Source of the DNA: a virus
Lineage: Duplodnaviria; Caudoviricetes
Virus record (IMG/VR): IMGVR_UViG_3300048920_000114
Coordinates: 7,769 to 71,768 of that record
DNA length: 64,000 nucleotides
Reading direction: 5' to 3' (one strand)
Shown here: in pieces, positions 15,726 through 23,176 of the stretch
How the letters are laid out: the number at the start of each line of letters is the position of its first letter
Numbering within the stretch: the stretch's first letter is position 1
The notes under the pieces: generated by a model
Databases searched by the model: none
Told to the model about the DNA's origin: nothing
What the model saw: only the letters and a program-made list of their open reading frames with translations
Translations under genes and position numbers: made by a program

Positions 15726-16159
15726 CCAGCGCGATGATCAGGACCCCGGAGGACGCGCGCGCATTCCTGACGGCGGGACGCGCGGTCCTGACCCTGAAAA
15801 GCCTTCGGACCGGCGACCACCTGACCTTCAAGGTGAAGGCGGCGACGAAGCCGGGCTCCGTCTCGCACTTCGTTTCGGTGCGCGCCGGATTTCCCGGAGA
15901 GAACAAGTTCAGCTACCTCGGCACGATCTCGGACACGGCGTTCAGGATCGGGCGCCGGGAGAAGACGCCCTTCGGCGAGAACGACCGCCAGCCGCGGGCC
16001 TTCAAGTTCCTGCTGGAGAACCTCGTCCGCAACCAGATGCCTCCGAGCATGGAGATCTGGCACGAGGGACAGTGCGGGCGCTGCGGACGCGCCCTGACCC
16101 ACCCGACCAGCATCGCCTCCGGGATAGGCCCGGAATGCGCACGAAAGATGGACCGATGA
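15722..16159 (+). CDS. DUF6011-like zinc-ribbon protein
   Basis: HEGQCGRCGRALTHPTSIASGIGPECA. Confidence 0.8.
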   Translation: MTSAMIRTPEDARAFLTAGRAVLTLKSLRTGDHLTFKVKAATKPGSVSHFVSVRAGFPGENKFSYLGTISDTAFRIGRREKTPFGENDRQPRAFKFLLENLVRNQMPPSMEIWHEGQCGRCGRALTHPTSIASGIGPECARKMDR

Positions 16160-16389
16160 GCAACCGCTTGAAGAAACCTGCCCTCAACTACCGGCTGACG
16201 CTGAAGACCGACGTCCTGAAGGCGCTGATGCTGGCGCCGAAGAAGCCGTTCACCTTCCTGCCGCTCTACGGGCAGGGGAACGAGATCAACGTCGCGATCT
16301 CGACCAGCATGGCCGACCAGCTCATGACGTTCGCCAAGCCCGGCGAGAACCTGTCCGACACCGTCGTGCGGATCTTGAACAGGCCATGA
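16156..16389 (+). CDS. Hypothetical protein
   Basis: MSNRLKKPALNY..., ATGA-coupled. Confidence 0.6.
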   Translation: MSNRLKKPALNYRLTLKTDVLKALMLAPKKPFTFLPLYGQGNEINVAISTSMADQLMTFAKPGENLSDTVVRILNRP

Positions 16390-16700
16390 GGACCCTGACG
16401 AACATGGTCCTGTTCTACCCGGTGACGTCGCTTCTGCTGGCGACGTCGCTCCTCTGCCTGATGGCGATCGTCGCGCTGAACAGGAGGGCGCGCACGGTCG
16501 CGCGCTGTCTCCTGATCCTGTCGCCGGCCGCGCCGCTGTTCCTTCTCTCGTTCGCCCTGACCGTCGCCCGCGCTTCCGTGTGGTGGCTGACAGCCAGGAT
16601 GCCGAACGCCCCCGCCATGAGACGCGCGGTAGCGCAGCTCGAAGCCGAGTTTTCAACCGCCGCTCCCGCGGCATCAGACGGAGGAAGACGTGAACATTAG
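16386..16700 (+). CDS. Membrane protein
   Basis: Two hydrophobic segments. Confidence 0.6.
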   Translation: MRTLTNMVLFYPVTSLLLATSLLCLMAIVALNRRARTVARCLLILSPAAPLFLLSFALTVARASVWWLTARMPNAPAMRRAVAQLEAEFSTAAPAASDGGRREH

Positions 16701-17268
16701 CCTGCTCGCGAAGAAGTTCAGCGATTACCACAACAGCGGCTTGTCCAAGGGACAGGCCTTGATGATCGAGGACGGCATGCCCGCCGCACTCGCCATGTCG
16801 GCCGACGAGCGCGCGGCGGCCCGCAACCTCAACAGCGCGATAACCACCATGCCCGGCGAACCCGTCGTGAATCGACTCGTCCCACAGGAGACCGAACAGA
16901 TGAAGAAGATCGCATTGCTCGCCAAGAAGGCGTCGTCGAAGAAGTCCATCCACATCCCGCGCAAGCCGAAGGCGAACCCCAAGCTCCCGGCGACTCACCC
17001 GGCGAACCGGGGCGCGAAAAAGACGACCGTCCAGGCCCGTCGCGCGCTGAAGCCGACCACCGAACGCTCGAAGAACCGCGTGCCCGGCGTCGACGTCGCC
17101 GAGTTCACGTGCGTCGCCGCGGGCGTGACGATGGAGATGCTCGTCAAGAAGTTCGGGATCGAGGCCCACCCGATGCGCGCGAAGATCCACTACGCGAAGC
17201 ATCAGCTCGGCTACACGATCGAGAACCGCGACGGACGCTACTTCGGCACGCGCCCGGTGGCGAAGTGA
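16690..17268 (+). CDS. Basic protein with a C-terminal winged-HTH (DUF3489-like)
   Basis: GVTMEMLVKKFGIEAHPMRAKIHYAKHQLGYTIENRDGRY. Confidence 0.55.
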   Translation: MNISLLAKKFSDYHNSGLSKGQALMIEDGMPAALAMSADERAAARNLNSAITTMPGEPVVNRLVPQETEQMKKIALLAKKASSKKSIHIPRKPKANPKLPATHPANRGAKKTTVQARRALKPTTERSKNRVPGVDVAEFTCVAAGVTMEMLVKKFGIEAHPMRAKIHYAKHQLGYTIENRDGRYFGTRPVAK

Positions 17269-17720
17269 TCGAGCCGATGGGCGGCTGGATGGGGCTCGCG
17301 GCGAAAGCCGCGACCGCCTCAGATCCCGGAGGGAGGCAGGTCGGCGCCCTGATCGTCGGGGCTTTCGGAAACAGGCTGGAGCCCGGCTGGGCCGGCATCC
17401 AGTCCGAACACGGCGTCGTGGCGTGTCCTCCCAGGCTCGACAAACCGGAGAAATACTACTGGTCCGAGCACGCCGAGCGCAGGGCGATCGCGGCGGCCGC
17501 GGCGAAGGGCTGGGCGCTCGAAGGCGCGACGATCTACGTGACGTGGTTCCCGTGCATGGACTGCGCGCGCATGATCGTCGGCACTCGGATGGCCGAGCTC
17601 GTCTACGGGCGGGAGCCGGATCTCGACGACCCGAAGTTCGGCGAGGACTTCAAGCGCGTTAAGGACCTTCTGACCGAGGCCAAGGTGAAGTTCAGGTGCG
17701 AACCCGTGGAGGAAAACTGA
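17265..17720 (+). CDS. dCMP/cytidine deaminase-family protein
   Basis: QVGALIVG, HAE and PCMDC zinc-binding motifs. Confidence 0.88.
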   Translation: MIEPMGGWMGLAAKAATASDPGGRQVGALIVGAFGNRLEPGWAGIQSEHGVVACPPRLDKPEKYYWSEHAERRAIAAAAAKGWALEGATIYVTWFPCMDCARMIVGTRMAELVYGREPDLDDPKFGEDFKRVKDLLTEAKVKFRCEPVEEN

Positions 17721-17947
17721 TGCGAAAATACGTCTCACCGAACGGAGACGAGATCCTCGGCACGCTGGAAAAGCTGACGGGCCGGGCCGAGATCTCCGGG
17801 ATCGAGGACGACGGGACGCCTGTTTACTCAGGCGGCACCGAGATCTTCTACGACGATCAGGTCACCATCATGAAAGACGGCAGGATGGTGTTTCTATGCA
17901 CCGAGGGCGACGAGTGGACGTTCGATCAACTGAAGCTCGCACCGTGA
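17720..17947 (+). CDS. Hypothetical protein
   Basis: TGATG-coupled, RBS ggagga. Confidence 0.65.
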   Translation: MRKYVSPNGDEILGTLEKLTGRAEISGIEDDGTPVYSGGTEIFYDDQVTIMKDGRMVFLCTEGDEWTFDQLKLAP

Positions 17948-18387
17948 AACCGCTCGTCATCGGCCAGGCGCCGAGCAGCTCATCGAACCCCGACTGGCCG
18001 CTGTCCGGAAGATCCGGGCGGCGGCTGGCCGCGCTGTGCGGCGTCGACGAGGCGGACTTCCTCGAGCATTTCGACAGGGTCAACCTGATCCCGACGTTCC
18101 CGGGGAAGGCCGGGAAGGGCGACGCCTTCCCGATCAATGAGGCGCGGCGCTCGGCGATGGTCGTCCGCAACATGCGGCCACGGCAGGTCATTCTCCTGGG
18201 AGACAACGTCCGCCGCGCGTTCGACGTCGTCGAGGGCGCGCCCCTGTTCAGGTGGTTTCGGCTCGGGCCTCACCGCGCCGCGATCGCGCCGCACCCTTCG
18301 GGGGTTTCGCGCTGGTGGAACGAGCGGGAGAACGAACAGCGCGCGCGGTCTTTTTGGCTTTCGCTGGCAACAGGACGCCGTCTCTGA
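17944..18387 (+). CDS. Uracil-DNA glycosylase-superfamily protein
   Basis: Motif A VIGQAP, SGRSGRRL, VILLG, motif B HPSG..RWWN. Confidence 0.8.
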   Translation: MKPLVIGQAPSSSSNPDWPLSGRSGRRLAALCGVDEADFLEHFDRVNLIPTFPGKAGKGDAFPINEARRSAMVVRNMRPRQVILLGDNVRRAFDVVEGAPLFRWFRLGPHRAAIAPHPSGVSRWWNERENEQRARSFWLSLATGRRL

Positions 18388-19795
18388 TCGCGGCGGCGAT
18401 GTGCATCATCATCACCGGAGGGACGGAGTTTCCGAGCCGCTCCCACTGCTGCGCGTACTTCCCCTTCAGGACGAAGTCGTCCGGGAATCCGCAGATCCGC
18501 TTCAGCTCGTCGATCGTGAAACGTCGTTTCTTCGTGACGCCCGCCTCGTCCTTCGTCCAGATCTCGCCGGCGGGGTTCAGGCCGTTGCCCGCGCTCGGGC
18601 CCGTGCCGATGGTGGCCGACGGCATGTCGGGCGAGTCGATCTGCACGTTCCCGAAACCTCCCCGGCCTCCGATCCCCGTGATCTCCTCGACCACCTTGTA
18701 GTGATGCGAGGCGTTGCCGGCCTTGCCGTTCGTGATCGTGGGGCAGGGCCTGTCCGTGACGTCCCGGGCGCCGGCGAACGTCCCGCTGCCGCCCGTGTCG
18801 TGAATCACCTTCACGTCGTCCTTGACCATGATGTGATGCGGCGTGGTGACGATGGTCGCGCACGGCCTGTCCATCATCTCGCCGGCCGACTTGAAGGCGC
18901 CCTGCATGTCGTGGACCGCGCTCGACAGGTGCGGGAGGGCGTCGCGCACGCTGTAGCGATACTGCAGCGGTACCGGGAACACCGGGTCACCGGGAACGTC
19001 GTCCCGCACGCCGACGAAAATGATGCGCTGTCTCGCCTGGGGGACGCCGAGCCACTGAGCGTCGAGCAGCTGCGCCTGGACGCGGTACCCGACCTTCAGC
19101 CGCTTCAGGATCTCGAGGAAGTAGCCCTTGGCCGCCCCCTTCACGAGGCCCGACACGTTCTCGGCCACGAACACGCGCGGCATCAGTTCGTCCCGCAGCT
19201 TGCAGTATTCGAAGAACAGATCCTCGTTCTTCTGGCTGGCGCCGTGCTCGTAGTGCTTGTCCTTGCCCCATCCCTTCTCGCGCTGCCCCGCCGTCGAGAA
19301 CGCCTGACAGGGCGGCGACCCGTCGAACACGTCGAGCTCGCCGGGCTTCAGCCCGACCTGCTTCAGGATCTCCGCGCCCTTGAGCAGCTTGATGTCGCGC
19401 CCGTCGATCTGCGTGTAGTCGGCCTTGTTCGCGGCGTAGCTGTCCTGAGCGACGGGAACGAACTCGTTGGCGAGGAGGACTCGGTACCCGGCCATCCGGT
19501 ACCCGGTCGAAGATCCGCCGCAGCCGGCGAACGTCGAAACGACGGTCAGACCATTCCACGGGATCTTCCGGATCTCGCTCATGAGGGGGACGCGGTAGGG
19601 AGGCTTGCTGTCGTCGGTCACGTAAGGGTCTCCGTCATACTCGATGTGATGTTGGCTCACGAAGGCGCCGGCGATACCGGTTGCCGAGACCGTCGGGGAC
19701 GGGTCGACGTCGAGGTCGGTGATCCTGTCCGGGGTCTTCGACGTCGGGATCTTCTTGCGGAAGTTTCCGTCCCTGACCTTCAGCAAGAAGACCAC
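18248..19795 (-). CDS. DNA (cytosine-5) methyltransferase
   Basis: Motif I FAGCGG, motif IV GSPPCQAFS, motif VI ENV, motif VIII QARQR, motif X LGNSVPP; the start codon is uncertain. Confidence 0.93.
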   Translation of the reverse strand: MVFLLKVRDGNFRKKIPTSKTPDRITDLDVDPSPTVSATGIAGAFVSQHHIEYDGDPYVTDDSKPPYRVPLMSEIRKIPWNGLTVVSTFAGCGGSSTGYRMAGYRVLLANEFVPVAQDSYAANKADYTQIDGRDIKLLKGAEILKQVGLKPGELDVFDGSPPCQAFSTAGQREKGWGKDKHYEHGASQKNEDLFFEYCKLRDELMPRVFVAENVSGLVKGAAKGYFLEILKRLKVGYRVQAQLLDAQWLGVPQARQRIIFVGVRDDVPGDPVFPVPLQYRYSVRDALPHLSSAVHDMQGAFKSAGEMMDRPCATIVTTPHHIMVKDDVKVIHDTGGSGTFAGARDVTDRPCPTITNGKAGNASHHYKVVEEITGIGGRGGFGNVQIDSPDMPSATIGTGPSAGNGLNPAGEIWTKDEAGVTKKRRFTIDELKRICGFPDDFVLKGKYAQQWERLGNSVPPVMMMHIAAAIRDGVLLPAKAKKTARAVRSPARSTSAKPPKGAARSRRGEARAETT

Positions 19796-19798
19796 GGG

Positions 19799-20398
19799 TT
19801 ACTTCTTCGGCTTGGCCACGCGCGCCTTCCTGGGCTCAGGCTCTGCCGGTACCGCCGAAGATCCGCTCCAGCGATAGCTGCACTTCGGACACTGATGCTC
19901 GGTCGGGATGCTCTCGTCGAACGCCGCGAAGCCTGTCGGCGGCGTGACCACGGGGTTCGTCATGTAGGACACGAGCGAGGCTTGGTCGAAGCCGGTCAGC
20001 GCGAGGGGAAACTTAGACAACTGCAACTCTCCGAGCTCCAGCTTCAGGAGGTCCTTGTCCCAGCCGGCGAGCGCGGCGGCCTGGTTGTCGGCGATCACCA
20101 TCGCGCGCTTCTGCGACGGGCTCAGGCCCGGGCGCACGATGGTCGGGATCTGAGCGTAGCCCAGCTTCTTCATCGCCATGACGCGACCGTGGCCGGCGAG
20201 GATCATCCCGTCCTCGTCGACCAGCGCGGGCTGCGTGAAGCCGTATTCCTTGATCATCGCGGCCAGCGTGTCGACCTGGTCGGGAGTGTGCGTGCGCGGG
20301 TTGCGCGGGTAGGGTTTGAGATCGTCGACCTTGCGCATGACAATCTTGTTCGCCGTGAAGTTCTCCGCGGGCGCCGCCGCCGTCGCCTGTTTCGCCAT
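19799..20398 (-). CDS. ParB/Srx N-terminal domain protein with a C-terminal Zn ribbon (methylase-associated type)
   Basis: LKPYPRNPRTH...GFTQPALVD...ILAGHGRVMA, then HQCPKCSYRW. Confidence 0.85.
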   Translation of the reverse strand: MAKQATAAAPAENFTANKIVMRKVDDLKPYPRNPRTHTPDQVDTLAAMIKEYGFTQPALVDEDGMILAGHGRVMAMKKLGYAQIPTIVRPGLSPSQKRAMVIADNQAAALAGWDKDLLKLELGELQLSKFPLALTGFDQASLVSYMTNPVVTPPTGFAAFDESIPTEHQCPKCSYRWSGSSAVPAEPEPRKARVAKPKK

Positions 20399-20682
20399 GT
20401 GCCTCTGCCTCGGTTGGGGACCTGAGCATCCGCTGTAGCCGGGCATCGGCGCCGTGTCTATCCGATCGGTCGCGCGGAGCTGCTCGACCATGGAAACCGG
20501 AGGGTCGGTGTCAATCCTGTTTCTTTTGCAAAACGGGCATGGCCACCGGCCCGGAATGTCCATTGTCTATCGGGCTCCGGCGAGAAGGCGCTTGCCCCGC
20601 CCACCCTCGCCGGTCACTGGACCGAGGCGTGGAAAGCCTCCCCCAGGATCTGCGACTCGGTCCCTTTTTGGAGGAGCGACAA

Positions 20683-21021
20683 ATGTCAGACCCGAACCTT
20701 GTTTTCAAACTGTCCGAGATCCGGTCCCTGTCGTGCGTGGACTGTCAGAGGAAGCTGTCCTGCGACGGCATCGAGCCGGTATCGCCGCGGTTCGACCTGC
20801 GGACCTTCGTGTGCCGGCGATGCTCTACGCAAGAGACCTTCATCATCGACGTCAGCGACAAGGTCCCGGCCGGCGTCCCCTCAATAGAACCCGGTCAACT
20901 CCGCCAGCTCGTCGACTCGAGTCGGCGCCTTCACGTCCAGGGCGTTGCGCACGATCTCGCTGATGTCGGTCTTGCGCTCGTCGACGGGGCGGAAGGCGAT
21001 CATCGGCCACGGAGCCTCTGA
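20683..21021 (+). CDS. Small CxxC-CxxC zinc-ribbon protein
   Basis: RBS ggagga; CVDC...IEP...DLRTFVCRRC; the 3' end overlaps a convergent ORF. Confidence 0.55.
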   Translation: MSDPNLVFKLSEIRSLSCVDCQRKLSCDGIEPVSPRFDLRTFVCRRCSTQETFIIDVSDKVPAGVPSIEPGQLRQLVDSSRRLHVQGVAHDLADVGLALVDGAEGDHRPRSL

Positions 21022-21261
21022 CCCGCTCCTCGGCGCCTGGATGTCCGGGACCTCGACCAAGCTGATCCCGGGCATCCCTTTTCTTGCCTGATCGAAGCTG
21101 AAGGGAAACTCGCCGAAGGCGGCGACGGTGTAGACCTGATCCTTGACAGGGACGGGGCCGTAGCGGCTCCCGTCGAGCAGGAAGATGTCGAACTCGACGA
21201 CGCAAACCACCTTCTGACCAACACGATCGATCGCCACGACGCAGACCCTCCGGATGAACAC
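20881..21261 (-). CDS. Hypothetical protein (start uncertain)
   Basis: Protein-like composition in the minus-strand frame; no clear RBS. Confidence 0.4.
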   Translation of the reverse strand: MFIRRVCVVAIDRVGQKVVCVVEFDIFLLDGSRYGPVPVKDQVYTVAAFGEFPFSFDQARKGMPGISLVEVPDIQAPRSGSEAPWPMIAFRPVDERKTDISEIVRNALDVKAPTRVDELAELTGFY

Positions 21262-21445
21262 CCGCCCCGTCGTACATCCGGACGAGGTCAGGTGTCCATG
21301 CTGGAAAGCAACGACGCCCGGTCCATTTCTGAACCGAGCGTCGAAGGGCCGTCCCGTCCGTTCACTGGAGGAGCGCAAGTGGTCGTGACACCCGCGCCGA
21401 GGTGGATGTAGCACGAGCGCGACAGGCCGGGTCAACACAATTCGG

Positions 21446-21546
21446 CGGTGACGCCCGAGCGGTGACGGACCCGGTGACGCGGCCTGAAACGGTGACACGT
21501 TCCGCTCTAAGTCGTTGTTTTGTCGAAAAGCGTCGGCGCGTCACCG
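21446..21546. repeat. CGGTGAC(G) repeat cluster 1 (iteron-like)
   Basis: Direct copies at 21446, 21460, 21472 and 21490, an inverted copy at 21539, and an IHF-like TAAGTCGTTGTTT between them. Confidence 0.65.
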
Positions 21547-21923
21547 CTTTTGTTTCGTCGGGCGAGGCGCCCCTTGGCCCGCTCGGCAGCGTCGTATCTG
21601 TTGTGGCAGCCTTGGCACCCGTGCAGAAGGTTCCCGTCGTCGCAGTCTTCCGGGGTGTGGTTCAGGTGCATGACCGTCAACACGATCTTGACGATCTTCT
21701 CGCCGTTGTTGAACAGAGGCCGGAAGGGCTGGAACGCCTCGCCGCACCAAAAACCTACCTCTCCGTTGCGCCGCAAGCAGCGGCCATCAACATCAGGCCC
21801 GTGCTGCTTTCCGCATATCCCGGTGCATTCGCAGCGGTTCCCCGACCGTGCGGCGATCCGCGGCACGACCTCGGTCTTCCAGTTCCGGGGGTACCGGGCT
21901 TTGTTTTCAGGGCGGATGGGCAT
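21507..21923 (-). CDS. HNH-like endonuclease / Zn-binding protein
   Basis: RCEC...VLTVMHLNHTPEDCDDGNLLHGCQGCHNRYD. Confidence 0.8.
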   Translation of the reverse strand: MPIRPENKARYPRNWKTEVVPRIAARSGNRCECTGICGKQHGPDVDGRCLRRNGEVGFWCGEAFQPFRPLFNNGEKIVKIVLTVMHLNHTPEDCDDGNLLHGCQGCHNRYDAAERAKGRLARRNKSGDAPTLFDKTTT

Positions 21924-21940
21924 CAGAACGGTCCTAAACT

Positions 21941-22420
21941 TTAGAAGGGGATGTCGTCGTCCATGTCGTCGCCGAACTTCCCGGGAGGAGCCGCGACGCG
22001 CCTCCGGGACGGCCCAGCGTCGCCGCCAGCAGATCCGTAGTCGTCGGGGCTGGCGTTCTCTCGCCCGCCGTCGCCGAGCGCCTGGAGGGCCTCCAGCTTG
22101 CAGTTGAAGCCGTTCAGCACGGTCTCGGTGATCCAGTGCTTCTGGCCGTCCTTGTCGTAGGTCCGGGTCATCTGCTGGCCCTCGACGTAGACCTTCATGC
22201 CCTTCTTCAGGCGCTCGCCGGCGAACTTGACGAGCCGCTCCTGGAACACGCGCACCTTGTGCCACTCGGTTCGCTCCACGCGCTCGCCCGTCGCCTTGTC
22301 CCGCCACGACATCGATGTGGCGATCGACATGTCGACGAAGTCGCCGTGCTTGCCGTTCACGACGGTCGGGTCCTGCCCGAGGTTCCCGACGAGGATCACC
22401 CTGTTGACCGATCCAGCCAT
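21941..22420 (-). CDS. ssb: Single-stranded DNA-binding protein
   Basis: MAGSVNRVILVGNLGQDP...TEWH.V...VYVEG...DDMDDDIPF. Confidence 0.95.
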   Translation of the reverse strand: MAGSVNRVILVGNLGQDPTVVNGKHGDFVDMSIATSMSWRDKATGERVERTEWHKVRVFQERLVKFAGERLKKGMKVYVEGQQMTRTYDKDGQKHWITETVLNGFNCKLEALQALGDGGRENASPDDYGSAGGDAGPSRRRVAAPPGKFGDDMDDDIPF

Positions 22421-22842
22421 CTTGTTCCCCTCCCTGCTGCGGCGTGGACGCCGATGACGTATGTCGCCTCGTGGACTTTACCCGTCAGGCCCCACAACAC
22501 CAGCGCGAGGAGGAACTGGTCGATGCCGTACCGCTTCCAGAACCTGTCCTCGTTCATGTCGTGCTGCTCGGCGTGATGCTCGCCGCACAGCGGGAGCGCC
22601 CATCGGTCGTCGGGCTTCTGCTGTCCGCCCGCGGGCTCCTTGCCGTGGATCTCGCTGCCCTGTCTGATGTGCGCGGCCTGGATCTGCGACGACAGGAAGC
22701 CTGACCGCATGTCGCCGGTCGCGCAGCAGACGCAGACCAGCTTGCGGACGAACGCGAGGTGGTTCGGCCTCTCCTCGCGCGGGGTCTTGAACGGTTTGAG
22801 GCGGGAGGCGAAGCCGCCTTCCGGAACGACTCGCGATGCCAT
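22396..22842 (-). CDS. DUF968-like / HNHc-type nuclease
   Basis: HLAFVRKLVCVCC...AAHIR...KPDDRWALPLCGEHHAEQH. Confidence 0.75.
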   Translation of the reverse strand: MASRVVPEGGFASRLKPFKTPREERPNHLAFVRKLVCVCCATGDMRSGFLSSQIQAAHIRQGSEIHGKEPAGGQQKPDDRWALPLCGEHHAEQHDMNEDRFWKRYGIDQFLLALVLWGLTGKVHEATYVIGVHAAAGRGTRWLDRSTG

Positions 22843-23168
22843 CAGTCAGGGTCCTTGTCGTGGGAGATCTGGAGCAGGTCCTCGGCGAGGTCCCGCATGG
22901 CAGGGTCGGCCTCGCTCGACAGAAGCCGCGCTTTGGCCTGCAGTCGCGTGACCATCCTCGCGTTCAGCTCGATCGACCGCCGAAGTTGTCTGGTAAGCCT
23001 GTCATCGAGGCGGTTTTCACGCGACACCATTGCTCTGCAAGGACCCACGGTAAGGGCACCGTTCGGATCTTTCTTCGACCAGATCTCGCTGGCGAACTGC
23101 ATGACGCGACCGTAGCCGAACAACTCTCCGAGCTGGCGAACGGCGTTTTCTTCTTCGTCCATAGTCAT
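22842..23168 (-). CDS. Hypothetical protein
   Basis: MTMDEEENAVRQ..., RBS aggag. Confidence 0.6.
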   Translation of the reverse strand: MTMDEEENAVRQLGELFGYGRVMQFASEIWSKKDPNGALTVGPCRAMVSRENRLDDRLTRQLRRSIELNARMVTRLQAKARLLSSEADPAMRDLAEDLLQISHDKDPD

Positions 23169-23176
23169 GATCGCTC

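Noticed and set aside
21446-21546. CGGTGAC repeats as a CRISPR or mini-array
   Set aside because: The repeats are only 7-8 bp with 4-10 bp irregular gaps and mixed orientation, and there are no cas genes.
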